A stretch of 64,000 nt of DNA from Tagaea sp. (lineage in GTDB: Bacteria > Pseudomonadota > Alphaproteobacteria > CACIAM-22H2). The notes below the pieces were generated by a model, which had not been told where the DNA came from, searched no databases, and saw only the letters and a program-made list of their open reading frames with translations. The DNA is taken from the NCBI GenBank assembly GCA_965279525.1, contig CBDIIB010000005.1, positions 1 to 64,000 on the forward strand, in the 5' to 3' direction. Below, piece after piece: positions 10,847 through 21,094 of the stretch. The position numbers were made by a program, and so were the translations under genes. Positions within the stretch are counted from its first letter, which is position 1; the number at the start of each line of letters is the position of its first letter.

Positions 10847-11125
10847 ATGACAGGATCGATTCGCAAGCGCTCGGTGGTCATCGCCGGGCATCGCACGAGC
10901 ATCTCGCTGGAGCCGGAATTCTGGACAGCCCTGAAAGACATCGCGCGCCGGCGCAACGCGTCGATCAACGATCTGGTGACCGAGATCGACAAGATGCGTG
11001 CGGCCAAGGACGAATCCGGCAACCTGTCGAGCGCGCTGCGCGTCTACGTGCTGCAGGCGCTGACCGGGGCGGCCGCGGCCCTGCACGCGATCCCGGCACC
11101 GGCAAACGGCGCCAAGCCGATGTAG
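10847..11125 (+). CDS. Ribbon-helix-helix domain protein (RHH_4-like)
   Basis: KRSVVIAGHRTSISLEPEFW..L and NLSSALRVYVL; usual neighbour of fumC. Confidence 0.88.
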   Translation: MTGSIRKRSVVIAGHRTSISLEPEFWTALKDIARRRNASINDLVTEIDKMRAAKDESGNLSSALRVYVLQALTGAAAALHAIPAPANGAKPM

Positions 11126-11151
11126 CCGCATTCGCCGTCGCGGTCGGGCTC

Positions 11152-11670
11152 GTGCTGGCGCTGCTGGGGGCATCGCCGGCCACGGCATTCGACCGCGACG
11201 ACGAATTCGAGCGCGGCGTCTCGGCCTTCCGGTCGGAGGACTACGAGGGTGCCTGGTTCCGCTTCTGGGGCCTCGCGCGCTCCGGCGATCCGGAATCCCA
11301 GTTCAATCTCGGCCAGCTCTATCGACTTGGTCGCGGCATCCAGCGCGACATGGTCCAGGCGCGAATCTGGTACGAGCGCGCGGCCGAGCGCGGCTATGCC
11401 CCCGCGCAGTTCCAGCTCGGCGTGCTGTGGGAACGCGGCGACGGCATCCCGCCCGACCCAGTCGAGGCGCGAAGCTGGTACGCGCGCGCCGCCGGCCAGG
11501 GCCTCGAGCCGGCGCGCGCGGCACTCGAACGTCTCGACCGGACGGGGGCCGGACGGGTGCGCCCGCTCGAGGACCCGACGGTCAGCGCCGCACCGCCGGC
11601 ACGCGCGGCCGCGCCGCGCCCGAATCCGCCGGCCGGTCCGACGCGTTCGCCGGTGCCGCCGAAAGAGTGA
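11152..11670 (+). CDS. Secreted Sel1-repeat protein (start uncertain)
   Basis: 3' part of ORF 9655..11670; signal-like LALLGASPATA; Sel1 repeats SQFNLGQLYRLGRG..ARIWYERAAERG and AQFQLGVLWERGDG..ARSWYARAAGQG. Confidence 0.8.
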   Translation: MLALLGASPATAFDRDDEFERGVSAFRSEDYEGAWFRFWGLARSGDPESQFNLGQLYRLGRGIQRDMVQARIWYERAAERGYAPAQFQLGVLWERGDGIPPDPVEARSWYARAAGQGLEPARAALERLDRTGAGRVRPLEDPTVSAAPPARAAAPRPNPPAGPTRSPVPPKE

Positions 11671-13723
11671 CGTTCGCGCGCGCGGGCGGCCCCGCCAGCG
11701 CCAGCCGCGGAATTGTCGAAGCGCCCCGCGCGGCGACGGATGCAGACATGTCGATCCGCCAGTTCGGCAAATCGAACTCGCCGGCGATCTCGAGTGCACC
11801 ACCCGGCGCCACGATGCGCGTGTCGGTCGAGCGGGCCCGGCCCCGTTCGATCCGCCATGTCCCCGAAGCACCCGAGAACGCGCTGCGCCCGCCGCGCGCC
11901 GCGCGCCGGCCAAGCTCGACAAGATCGGCGGAGCGCGCACCCGCCGCATGGGCGATCAGCCCCGGCAGGTCGAGACCTTCGATCGACCCGCCTGGCGATT
12001 CGAGCGCCAGCGTGCCCGCAAGATCGCCGACGAGCGCCGACGCGTTTGCCCCGCCTGCAGCGAAGTCGCCCGACAGCGAGACGGGTCCGCGCAGGACAGG
12101 TGCGGCGCCGAACGCGGCGAGGACCTGTACCCAGTCGGCGCCGGCGAGGGTGAAGCGCATGTCGAATCGCGGACGCCCGCCGCCCGACCGGCCGGAATCG
12201 AGGCGGCCATTGCCGGTGAAGGCGCCACCCAACAGGCTGCCGGACAGCGACTGGACGGCAAGCCCGGCCGGATCGTGCGCGGCCGAGACTCGCGCATCGC
12301 CAAGCGTGATCTTGTCGAACACGAGTTCGCGCGCCGACAGCGTGATGTCGACCGGAATTCCGCCGACCAGATCGAGCACGATCGGCGTGCGTGCCCAGCC
12401 GCCAGGCCCCGGTTCGGGCGGCGCGGCAGCGGCTGCCGCGCGCGCGGCCTGGCTGCGCGTCAGCAACGGGCCGCGCACGGGCGGGGGGCGCATCGGGCGT
12501 GCGAAAAACGGATCGAGGACGACGCGCTCGCCGGCGAGTGCGAGCGCCACGCGTCCCGCCTGCCAGCCGATCTCGCCGCGCATCCGCTGGCCCGCCAGCG
12601 TCAGTTCGAGCGGTGCCACGCGCAACGCCGGTGCAGCGGTATCGACCGCGATCGTCCCGCGCAGCGCCAGCGCACCCAGATGGCGTTCGACCGGCATGCC
12701 GAGTGCTGCGAGGAACCTGCCCGCGTCGGGTGCCTGCAGGTCGAGGATCCCGTCGCGCACGCGCAGGCTCGCCTCGCCGATCGCGCGGATCGCCAGTTCG
12801 TCGACGACCACGCGCCCGCCCTCGCGCGCGGCAACCAGGATTATCCCCTGCGCGTCGCCGGCCGCCCAGGTCAGCCGGCCGATGCGAAGCCGCAGGTCGA
12901 TGTCCCCGGCAAGCGCGCCAAGATGCCGGGCGGCGAGGTCGGCGAACGCCGGAAGTGCGATCTCCTCCACGCGCAGGTCGAGTGCGGCACGCTTCGCATC
13001 GCGCCGTGCCGATCCGCTCGCGACAAGGCCCGGCGTGCCGATCTCGAACCGGGCGACGTCGATCTCGTCGTTCGCGACGCGCAGTTCGGCACGCACGCGC
13101 CCGCCGCCGGCAGGCTCGGCTTCGAGCACGCCTTCGAACGCCGTTTCGCCGGGCAGATACCGACCGGTCAGGCGGATTGCAGGTGCGCCGGCGCTCGTGG
13201 CCTCGACCGCGACCGCCGAAAGTCCGGCTTGGTAGCGCGCAGCACCGGCAAGTGCGTGCCCGCCCCAGCCGATCTCCAGCGCGTCCAGCCCACCCGGTAC
13301 CGGGCGGCCGGAGACGCGCAGCATCTCGCCGGCCAGCGTCGTCTCGACCCGCAGCCGGCCGTCCGACCTGTCGAGCCGGGCGGCAACTCCGTCGGCATCG
13401 AAACGGACGGCGTCGTCCTGCCAGGCGAACGCGCCGGTCCGGCCGAAGAACGTCGCCGTCGCGCCGACGACGCGTTCGGCCACGACGACGTTCTCGAGCC
13501 GGCCGAGGCCGGGAATGTCGATCGCCGGCACTTCCAGCCGCAGCGGCCAGGCCCAGGCGTAGCGGGCCGGCCCGACGGCGATGGCCGGAAGCCCGAGCCG
13601 GCCGCCCACCGCACGCGCAAGTTCGTCGGCCGCCGTTCCGGGATCGGGGCGCAGGACCGCACCGCCCGCCAGTAGGGCCAAAAACAGTCCGGCCGCCGCA
13701 ATCCACCCGGTTTTCGGTCGCAT
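11582..13723 (-). CDS. AsmA-family protein
   Basis: N-terminal TM helix; beta-rich body; C-terminal LAGTLALESPGGSIEGLDL, FSGASGTWRIERG, GEFDLPNWRID. Confidence 0.72.
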   Translation of the reverse strand: MRPKTGWIAAAGLFLALLAGGAVLRPDPGTAADELARAVGGRLGLPAIAVGPARYAWAWPLRLEVPAIDIPGLGRLENVVVAERVVGATATFFGRTGAFAWQDDAVRFDADGVAARLDRSDGRLRVETTLAGEMLRVSGRPVPGGLDALEIGWGGHALAGAARYQAGLSAVAVEATSAGAPAIRLTGRYLPGETAFEGVLEAEPAGGGRVRAELRVANDEIDVARFEIGTPGLVASGSARRDAKRAALDLRVEEIALPAFADLAARHLGALAGDIDLRLRIGRLTWAAGDAQGIILVAAREGGRVVVDELAIRAIGEASLRVRDGILDLQAPDAGRFLAALGMPVERHLGALALRGTIAVDTAAPALRVAPLELTLAGQRMRGEIGWQAGRVALALAGERVVLDPFFARPMRPPPVRGPLLTRSQAARAAAAAAPPEPGPGGWARTPIVLDLVGGIPVDITLSARELVFDKITLGDARVSAAHDPAGLAVQSLSGSLLGGAFTGNGRLDSGRSGGGRPRFDMRFTLAGADWVQVLAAFGAAPVLRGPVSLSGDFAAGGANASALVGDLAGTLALESPGGSIEGLDLPGLIAHAAGARSADLVELGRRAARGGRSAFSGASGTWRIERGRARSTDTRIVAPGGALEIAGEFDLPNWRIDMSASVAARGASTIPRLALAGPPARANVTLSAAPANASDRPADSGAARPRVPAVRR

Positions 13724-13851
13724 AAGCCGATACTTGCCGCATTCGGCCATCTGGCGCCACCGCGACCGGCTCCCTATCTATTGGAATTCCGGGCCGGAGC
13801 CATGCTATCGAGCCGGACCGGGACGAATTGCCCAGCGAAAGGCCGCCATCG

Positions 13852-14499
13852 ATGTTTGCCGAAATCTATGCCGCGATCACGCCGGAAGCGCTTGTCGCGC
13901 TGGGCACCGTCATCATGATCGACCTCGTGCTGGCCGGCGACAATGCCGTCGTCATCGGCATGGCCGCGGCCGGCCTGCCCACCGAGCAGCGCAACAAGGT
14001 GCTGATGCTCGGCATCGTCGCCGCCACGGTGCTGCGCATCCTGTTCGCGAGCGTCACGACCCAACTCCTGGCCATCGTCGGCCTGCTCTTCGCCGGCGGC
14101 GTGCTGCTGCTGTGGGTGTCCTGGAAGCTGTGGCGGGAAATCCGCGAGCAGGGGCGCCACGACGCGGAAGAGGGCGAAAAGGTCCTCGAAGGCGAGCCGG
14201 TCGACGCGCCGCGCAAGACCTTCAAGCAGGCGGTCATCCAGATCATCGTCGCCGACGTCTCGATGTCGCTCGACAACGTGCTCGCGGTCGCCGGCGCCGC
14301 GCGCGACCATCCCTACATCCTGATCTTCGGACTGGCCGTTTCGGTCATCCTGATGGGTGCGGCTGCCGCCCTGATCGCCAAAGCCCTGCAGAAGCACCGC
14401 TGGATCGCCTATGTCGGCCTGGCGTTGATCCTGTACGTGGCGCTCAAGATGATGTGGGACGGCGGGCACGAGGTCCTGGCGGTCGCCGGCCTCGGCTGA
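13852..14499 (+). CDS. TerC-family membrane protein (YjbE-like)
   Basis: DLVLAGDNAVVIGMAA and ADVSMSLDNVLAVAGAA. Confidence 0.92.
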   Translation: MFAEIYAAITPEALVALGTVIMIDLVLAGDNAVVIGMAAAGLPTEQRNKVLMLGIVAATVLRILFASVTTQLLAIVGLLFAGGVLLLWVSWKLWREIREQGRHDAEEGEKVLEGEPVDAPRKTFKQAVIQIIVADVSMSLDNVLAVAGAARDHPYILIFGLAVSVILMGAAAALIAKALQKHRWIAYVGLALILYVALKMMWDGGHEVLAVAGLG

Positions 14500-14502
14500 C
14501 CG

Positions 14503-15294
14503 TCAGACGAACGCGAACGAGACCTTCCCGAGCGGGCCGAAATCGCACGACACCTTGTCGGCGGCACCCGCCCGGTGGAGGCCCGTGCACGTGCCGGTCG
14601 ACACGATCTCGCCCGCGCGCAGCCCTTGTGCGGTCGGCGGATTGTTCGCCAGCCAGCACAGCGCATCGAGCGGATGGCCGAGTGCTTCGGCGCCCGTCCC
14701 CTTGCCCACGATCTTGCCGCCCGCGCGCATCGTGACCGGGATCGCCCCAAGGTCGCGCCGGCGCCAGCCCTTGACCGGCGCGCCCACGACCAGTGCGCCG
14801 TTGATGCCGAGGTCGGCGACGAGTTCCGGTAGCGTGACCGCCTTGATGTCGGTGAAGCGGCTGTCGACGATCTCGACGGCAGGATGCAGGTCGGCCACCG
14901 CCGCAGCGACCTCCGCACGCGTATAGGGCCGCTTGCGCGGCTTCAGGTCTTTGGCCAGAACGAAGGCGAACTCACCCTCGATGCCGCGCGTCCGGTAGCC
15001 CACGCCGGGCAACGTGACACCGGACGGAAAGCAGCGCGTGAGGAAGACGCGGCCCGCGAAGGGCCCCTTCGCCTTCAGCAGCGTGCGTGCAGCGGCACTC
15101 GTGCAGCCGATCTTCCAGCCCGCCGTCTCGAGGCCGAGGGCGGCGGCGAAGCGCGCCTGCAAGGCGGCACCCGCGCGCACGGTCTTCGGACGTGCCTCGG
15201 CGGGCAGGTTCGCCAGCGTCATACCCATCGTATAGGCCTCGACGAGCAGGTCGACGGCGTAGGCGGCAGGGGATGTCTTGCGGCGTGCGGGCAT
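14503..15294 (-). CDS. 2-keto-4-pentenoate hydratase-like protein (FAH superfamily)
   Basis: GWKIGCTS, IEGEFAF, AVEIVDSR, GHPLDALCWLAN, GEIVSTGT; TGATG overlap with dctM. Confidence 0.85.
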   Translation of the reverse strand: MPARRKTSPAAYAVDLLVEAYTMGMTLANLPAEARPKTVRAGAALQARFAAALGLETAGWKIGCTSAAARTLLKAKGPFAGRVFLTRCFPSGVTLPGVGYRTRGIEGEFAFVLAKDLKPRKRPYTRAEVAAAVADLHPAVEIVDSRFTDIKAVTLPELVADLGINGALVVGAPVKGWRRRDLGAIPVTMRAGGKIVGKGTGAEALGHPLDALCWLANNPPTAQGLRAGEIVSTGTCTGLHRAGAADKVSCDFGPLGKVSFAFV

Positions 15295-16736
15295 CACTGG
15301 GCCTTCGGCGGTGCGGGTTCTTCGTCGAAGAATCCGGCTTCGGGTTCGATGTCGTCGGGCGCGGGCGTGCCCTCCTCGCCCGGCTGTCCGGACGGCTCGA
15401 CCGGCCCGACATCGGAATTGTAGAGATATTCCGGCAGCCACAGCGCCACCTGCGGGAACGCGTAGGTGATGCCCATGCAGACGACGACGATGTAGATGAA
15501 CGGCATCACGCCGGCGAAGATCTGCTCGAGCGTGATGTGCTTGGGCGCAACGCCCTTCAGGTAGAACGTCGCCATCGCGACGGGCGGCGACAGGAAGCTG
15601 GTCTGAAGGTTGAGCGCGATCATGACGCCGAAGAACAGCGGCGAGATGCCGAAATTGTCCAGAAGCGGCAGGAAGATCGGCACGAAGATCACGATGATCT
15701 CGGTCCATTCGAGCGGCCAGCCGAGCACGAAGATGATCGCCTGGGCGAGCAGCATGAACGTGAACGCGTTGAGGTTCAGGCTCTCGACGAACTGCTCGAC
15801 CACCTGCTGGCCGCCGAGATAGCCGAAGACCGACGAGAAGATGAACGAGCCGACGAACAGCCAGCAGACCATCGCCGACGTGCGCGCCGTCAGCACGACC
15901 GATTCCTTGAGCTTCTCGAAGGAGAGCGCCCGGTAGCCGGCGGCGAGCAGGATCGAGCCGAGCGAGCCCATCGCGGCGGCTTCCGAAGGTGTGGCGAGTC
16001 CGAACAGGATGGCACCCAGCACCATCGAGATCAGTGCGCCGAGCGGCAGGAACGACGTGACCAGCGCCCACGCCACCGTCCAGAACGGCACGTTGCGCTC
16101 CTCGGGCGGCAGCGGCGGCGCCATGTCGGGGCGGAAGATGCCCACGCCGATCGCGTAGAGCATGTAGCCGCCCGCCAGCATCAGGCCGGGGATGAAGGCC
16201 GCGGCATAGAGCTGCACGACCGACACGCCGGCCGTGGCGCCGTAGAGGATCAGCATGATCGACGGCGGGATCAGGATGCCGAGGCAACCGCCCGCACACG
16301 TGACGCCGGCGGCGAGCCGCGGGTCGTATCCGGCGCGCAGCATGGCCGGGAACGCGAGCAGGCCCATCAGCGTGACGACCGCACCCACGATGCCGGTCGC
16401 CGTCGCGAACATGGCGCAGGTGGCCAGAGTGGCGACCGCGAGCGAACCCGGAATGCTGCCCGAGGCGAGCTGGAGCGAGCGGAACAGCCGGTCGAGGATG
16501 TTCGCCCGTTCGATCACGTAGCCCATGAACACGAACAGCGGCACCGAGATCAGCACGTCGTTCGCCATGACGGCATAGGTACGCTGGACGAACAGTATGA
16601 ACACGTTGTCGCCGAGCGAGCCGATGTAGCCGAAGAACAGGCCAAGCGCCATCAGGCTGAACGCGATGGGAAATCCAAGCATGATGACGAACAGGAACAT
16701 CACCAGCATGGTGAGCCCGAGCGCGGGATCGCTCAT
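15294..16736 (-). CDS. TRAP transporter large permease (DctM)
   Basis: Hydrophobic; VPLFVFMG, LGILIPPSIMLI, ATPSEAAAMG, NLQTSFLSPP. Confidence 0.93.
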   Translation of the reverse strand: MSDPALGLTMLVMFLFVIMLGFPIAFSLMALGLFFGYIGSLGDNVFILFVQRTYAVMANDVLISVPLFVFMGYVIERANILDRLFRSLQLASGSIPGSLAVATLATCAMFATATGIVGAVVTLMGLLAFPAMLRAGYDPRLAAGVTCAGGCLGILIPPSIMLILYGATAGVSVVQLYAAAFIPGLMLAGGYMLYAIGVGIFRPDMAPPLPPEERNVPFWTVAWALVTSFLPLGALISMVLGAILFGLATPSEAAAMGSLGSILLAAGYRALSFEKLKESVVLTARTSAMVCWLFVGSFIFSSVFGYLGGQQVVEQFVESLNLNAFTFMLLAQAIIFVLGWPLEWTEIIVIFVPIFLPLLDNFGISPLFFGVMIALNLQTSFLSPPVAMATFYLKGVAPKHITLEQIFAGVMPFIYIVVVCMGITYAFPQVALWLPEYLYNSDVGPVEPSGQPGEEGTPAPDDIEPEAGFFDEEPAPPKAQ

Positions 16737-16773
16737 CTCGAATGCACTCCGGTATCCGTGTGTCTGCGGGGGG

Positions 16774-17367
16774 TCAGGCGGCGTTCCGTTCGGACGCCAG
16801 TCGTTCGGCTTCGGCGCGCTCGAGGATCAGCTTCTCCATCTCCTCGACGTCATGCAGGCGCTGGGGCCAGTCGCCGTCGCGCAGGCAAAGCACGCAGCGC
16901 GCGACCTCGGCGAGGCCCTGCAGCGACATCAGGCAGCCGACCAGCGGGATCAGAAACTTGAACGGCCAGATGATCGGCCCGAACGGGCTGAACGCCGAGC
17001 GCTCGTTCTGGGCGAAGCTCTGGTGGAAGAACTTCCAGCCCATCCACGCCATCGCGATCATCGCGGGATAGAAGAACAGGATCCACAGCGCCAGATCGAG
17101 TGCCGCCTGCCGGCGCGGCGAGAAATTGCGGTAGAGGAAGTCGCCCCGCACGTGGCCGTTGCGCGCCATCGCATAGCCGCCCGCCATCATGAACAGGAGG
17201 CCGTAGAGGATGTAGCTGGCGTCGAACGCCCAGGTCGTCGGCGCCCGGAAGACGTAGCGCGCGAACACCTCGTAGCTGATCGCCGCCGTCAGCACGACGA
17301 TCGACCAGGCGAAGGCCTTGCCGATGAAGTTGCTGAACCGGTCGATGGAGAGAATCAGGGAATGCAA
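16774..17367 (-). CDS. TRAP transporter small permease (DctQ)
   Basis: YEVFARYVFRAPT, GHVRGD, WPFKFLIP; TTG start. Confidence 0.9.
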   Translation of the reverse strand: MHSLILSIDRFSNFIGKAFAWSIVVLTAAISYEVFARYVFRAPTTWAFDASYILYGLLFMMAGGYAMARNGHVRGDFLYRNFSPRRQAALDLALWILFFYPAMIAMAWMGWKFFHQSFAQNERSAFSPFGPIIWPFKFLIPLVGCLMSLQGLAEVARCVLCLRDGDWPQRLHDVEEMEKLILERAEAERLASERNAA

Positions 17368-17379
17368 GACGGTCTCCGG

Positions 17380-17418
17380 AAAAGAACCGGCCCCTGCCGC
17401 CTTCCGGCGGCAGGGGCC
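17380..17418 (-). terminator. Stem-loop between dctP and dctQ (terminator or mRNA stabiliser)
   Basis: Perfect 13-bp stem GGCCCCTGCCGCC (17389-17401) / GGCGGCAGGGGCC (17406-17418); followed by GGTTCTTTT on the - strand. Confidence 0.75.
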
Positions 17419-17434
17419 GCTTCGGCGCGCGGTC

Positions 17435-18559
17435 CTAGCCGCGACGCGCGAAGAAGTGGTTGTTGGCGAGCACGTCGGACGCCTCGTAGTTCAGGAAGAA
17501 CTGCGTGACGCGCTGGCACCAGGCCTTCTGGCTGTCGGCGACCTTCTTGAAGTACGGATCGGCCGAAAGTTCGGTGATGACCTGGTCCCACGCCTTGAGC
17601 TGCGCGTCGAGGATCGCGCGCGGCGTCGAGGTGACGCGCACGCCGGCCTGGCGGATGGCCGCGAGATCCTTGGGATAGCGGTCATGCGCCTTCCAGAGCA
17701 TGTCCGACGACGCGGCTTCCGACGCGTAGTGCAGGATGTTCTTCACTTCGCCCGGCAGCGCATCGAACTTGGGCTTGTTGAAGAGCACTTCGAAGCACTC
17801 GACCTTCTGGTGGTAGCTCTGCAGCATGTAGTTCTTGGCGACGTCGGGGAAACCGAGGATGCGGTCCGACGACGGGTTGTTGAACTCGGCCGCGTCGAGC
17901 AGGCCGCGCTCGAGTGCCGGCACGATTTCGCCGCCGGCGACGATCGTGACCGCGGCGCCCATCGCGCGATAGAGGTCGGCCGCGAGGCCCACCGTGCGGT
18001 ACTTGAGGCCCTTGAGCTGGTCGGGATTCGTGATCGGCGTGCGGAACCAGCCGAAGGGCTGGGTGGGCATCGGACCGGTCAGGAACGCGACGACGTTGAC
18101 CTTGGTGATATCGTACAGCAGCTCGTTGTAGAGCTTGTCGCCGCCGCCGTAATAGTACCAGGCGAGCAGCGAGTTGGCGTCGCCGAACCACGGCGGAGCC
18201 GTGCCGAACATCGAGTACGCCTTGTTCTTGCCGTACCAGTAGGCCGCCACGCCGTGGCCGCCGTCGAGGGCGCCCGAGTGGACGGCGTCCTGCATCTGGA
18301 ACGCGCCGACGACGGCACCCGCCGCCAGCAATTCGAGGCGGAACCGGCCGCCGGTCATTTCGTTGACGCGCTTGACGTAGTCGCCCGCCATCTCGTGGAA
18401 GATGTCGCGCTGCGGCCAGGTGGACTGGAACCGGAAGACGGTCGTCTGTGCGCGGCTGACGTTCGGGGATGCGAGCGTGCCGGTGGCGACGGCCGCACCG
18501 CCGAGTGCGAGCTTCGCAAGGAAGCCGCGTCGCGCGGAACGAGTGGGAGGCTTTTTCAT
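17435..18559 (-). CDS. TRAP substrate-binding protein (DctP, TakP-like), Tat-exported
   Basis: SARRGFL twin-Arg signal; FQSTWP, GGEIVPALERGLLDAAEF. Confidence 0.9.
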   Translation of the reverse strand: MKKPPTRSARRGFLAKLALGGAAVATGTLASPNVSRAQTTVFRFQSTWPQRDIFHEMAGDYVKRVNEMTGGRFRLELLAAGAVVGAFQMQDAVHSGALDGGHGVAAYWYGKNKAYSMFGTAPPWFGDANSLLAWYYYGGGDKLYNELLYDITKVNVVAFLTGPMPTQPFGWFRTPITNPDQLKGLKYRTVGLAADLYRAMGAAVTIVAGGEIVPALERGLLDAAEFNNPSSDRILGFPDVAKNYMLQSYHQKVECFEVLFNKPKFDALPGEVKNILHYASEAASSDMLWKAHDRYPKDLAAIRQAGVRVTSTPRAILDAQLKAWDQVITELSADPYFKKVADSQKAWCQRVTQFFLNYEASDVLANNHFFARRG

Positions 18560-18797
18560 GGGCAGGGAGTCTCCTCGCAGGCGGAGGCCGGGTTGTGCTT
18601 GGCGCGTCCGCCGACCTCCGGTCCCGGCGCGCCCGGGGCGTCGGTCTAGCGACGCCCGCATTGGCCGGTTGCATCGGAAGACGCGAATTCTTGCGCCATC
18701 CGATCGGCACCCGGCAATTCAATCTGCCCCAACCGCAACAGGCGCGCAAGCCGCCGCGCGCACCCGCTCGCCGGTCGCCGCGGGGCATGCTACGTCC

Positions 18798-19628
18798 ATG
18801 GTTATGTTCCGAATTCCGGACCCGTCCTTTGCCGAAACCTATCGCCGGATTGGTGTGGCATTCGTCCCCGGCGTGCTGGATGCGGCCGCCACGGCCAGGT
18901 TCGCGGCGGCAATCGACCGGGCGATGGCGCGGCCCGCCAAACGTGCGGTCGAATTCAATGCCGCAGGCGAGCCCGGGCGGTTTTTCGGCGACATGTTCAT
19001 GTGGCGGCGGGACCCCGATTTCCGCGCGGCGTTCTTCGACACGCCGTGCGCCGCCCTTGCCGGTGTCGCGATGGGAGCGACGCGCGTTCATCTGTTCTAC
19101 GACCAGATCTTCGCGAAAGAACCCGGCACGGCGCGGCGCACGCCGTGGCACCAGGATTTCCCGTACTGGCCGGCCACGGGCGACATGTTCGCGACGGTCT
19201 ATCTCGCCCTCGACCCGATCGACGCGGAAAACGGCGGCGTGGAATACGTCGCGGGCTCCCACCTCTGGGGGGGCGAGTATCAACCGGCTGCGTTCCGTGC
19301 GGGCGGCGAAGGGGCCGACCGCTACCGCAATCCGGATTTCGAGACGGCCCCCGATATCGACGCAAGGCGCGACGAGCTCGACCTGCGCCGTTTCGACATG
19401 GCGCCGGGCGATGCGGTCGTGTTCCACGGCAAGCTCGTCCACGGGGCCGGCGGCAACGCGAGCGCCACCCGCCGGCGGCGGACGCTGGCCCTGCGCTTTG
19501 CCGGCGACGACGTGCGCTGGCGCGAAGGCGTTCCGACATTCAAGGCGCTGCGCGAGGCGAAACTCGCGACCGGCGACACGCTCGACGCGCGCCCGGACCT
19601 GTTCCCGGTGCTTTGGACGAAGGGCTAG
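18798..19628 (+). CDS. PhyH-family Fe(II)/2OG dioxygenase
   Basis: KEPG..TPWHQD and PGDAVVFHGKLVHGAGGN..RRR. Confidence 0.87.
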   Translation: MVMFRIPDPSFAETYRRIGVAFVPGVLDAAATARFAAAIDRAMARPAKRAVEFNAAGEPGRFFGDMFMWRRDPDFRAAFFDTPCAALAGVAMGATRVHLFYDQIFAKEPGTARRTPWHQDFPYWPATGDMFATVYLALDPIDAENGGVEYVAGSHLWGGEYQPAAFRAGGEGADRYRNPDFETAPDIDARRDELDLRRFDMAPGDAVVFHGKLVHGAGGNASATRRRRTLALRFAGDDVRWREGVPTFKALREAKLATGDTLDARPDLFPVLWTKG

Positions 19629-21031
19629 ACCCGGACGACCTTGCCCGGGTTCATGATGTTGTCGGGGTCGAGCGCCTTCTTGAGCGTGCGCATGACCGTA
19701 ACCGCCTCGCCGTGCTCGTCGTCGAGGAAGTCGATCTTGCCGTAGCCCACGCCGTGCTCGCCCGTGCAGGTCCCGTCCATCGACAGGGCGCGCGCGATCA
19801 GCCGGTCGTTGATGCGGTTGGCCTCGGCGACTTCCTCGGGCTTCGAGGTGTCGAGCACGAAGGCGACGTGGAAGTTCCCGTCGCCGACATGGCCCACGAT
19901 GGGGGCCGGCAGCTTCGAGGCTTCGAGATCCTTCTGCGTCTCGACGATGCAGTCGGTCAGGCGCGAGATCGGCACGCACACGTCGGTCGCCCAGAGCTGG
20001 CAGCCGGGGCGCAGCGCCTTGGCGGCATAGGCGGCATCGTGACGCGCCTGCCAGATCTTCTTGCGTTCGCCCGGATCGGTGGTCCAGCGGAAATCGGTGC
20101 CGCCGTTCTCGGCCGCGATCGCCTGCACGGTTTCGGCCTGCTCGGCGACCGAAGCTTCCGAGCCGTGGAACTCCAGCCACAGCGTGGGCATCGCCGGCAC
20201 GTCGAGCTTCGAGTACTTGATGGTCGCTTCCATCTGGACCTTGTCGGCAAGCTCGATGCGCGCGACGGGCACGCCGGCCTGGATCGTCGCGATGGTCGTG
20301 TCGACCGCCTGCTTGACGCTCGGGAAGCCGCACATGGCCACGCTCGTGGCCTCGGGGATGCCGTAGAGCTTCAGCGTCACTTCCGTGAGGACGCCAAGCG
20401 TGCCTTCCGAGCCCACGAACAGCCGCGTGAGGTCGTAGCCGGCCGAGGATTTGCGCGCGCGCCCGCCGGTGCGGATGATCCGTCCGTCGGCGAGCACCAC
20501 TTCGAGGGACAGCACGTTCTCGCGCATCGTGCCGTAGCGCACGGCGTTGGTGCCCGAGGCGCGCGTGGCCGCCATCCCGCCGAGCGAGGCGTCCGCACCC
20601 GGATCGATCGGGAAGAACAGGCCGGTGTCGCGCAGATGCTCGTTGAGCTGCTTGCGCGTGACGCCCGGCTGCACGCGCACGTCGAGGTCGCTGGCGTTGA
20701 CCGCAAGCACCTTGTTCATGCGCGACACGTCGATGCAGATGCCGCCATGCAGAGCTGCCGTGTGGCCTTCGAGCGACGTGCCCGTGCCGAACGGAACGAC
20801 CGCAAGCCGGTGGCGCGCGCAGATCTTGACGATGTCGGATACCTCGGCCGTCGTCTCGACAAAGGCGACCGCGTCGGGCGGAACGGCGTGGTGATAGGCC
20901 TCGCCGCGTCCGTGCTGCTCGCGCACCGCGTTTGCCGTCGACAGGCGCTCGCCCAGCAGCTGGCGGATCTCGGCGATCGCGCGTTCGCGCGCGACCGGCT
21001 CGGACTGCTTGATCTCGACGATGCTGGCCAT
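19625..21031 (-). CDS. FAD-linked oxidase, D-lactate dehydrogenase (cytochrome)-like
   Basis: GTGTSLEG, IDPGADASLGGM, KSSAGYDL, GSEGTLG, HVGDGNFH, GEHGVG, MNPGK. Confidence 0.92.
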   Translation of the reverse strand: MASIVEIKQSEPVARERAIAEIRQLLGERLSTANAVREQHGRGEAYHHAVPPDAVAFVETTAEVSDIVKICARHRLAVVPFGTGTSLEGHTAALHGGICIDVSRMNKVLAVNASDLDVRVQPGVTRKQLNEHLRDTGLFFPIDPGADASLGGMAATRASGTNAVRYGTMRENVLSLEVVLADGRIIRTGGRARKSSAGYDLTRLFVGSEGTLGVLTEVTLKLYGIPEATSVAMCGFPSVKQAVDTTIATIQAGVPVARIELADKVQMEATIKYSKLDVPAMPTLWLEFHGSEASVAEQAETVQAIAAENGGTDFRWTTDPGERKKIWQARHDAAYAAKALRPGCQLWATDVCVPISRLTDCIVETQKDLEASKLPAPIVGHVGDGNFHVAFVLDTSKPEEVAEANRINDRLIARALSMDGTCTGEHGVGYGKIDFLDDEHGEAVTVMRTLKKALDPDNIMNPGKVVRV

Positions 21032-21094
21032 CTGCGGCGTCTCCCGAAGCGTTTCTCGGGCGATGTTAGTCCCGCGAGAGCAAGCCCGCAATGT

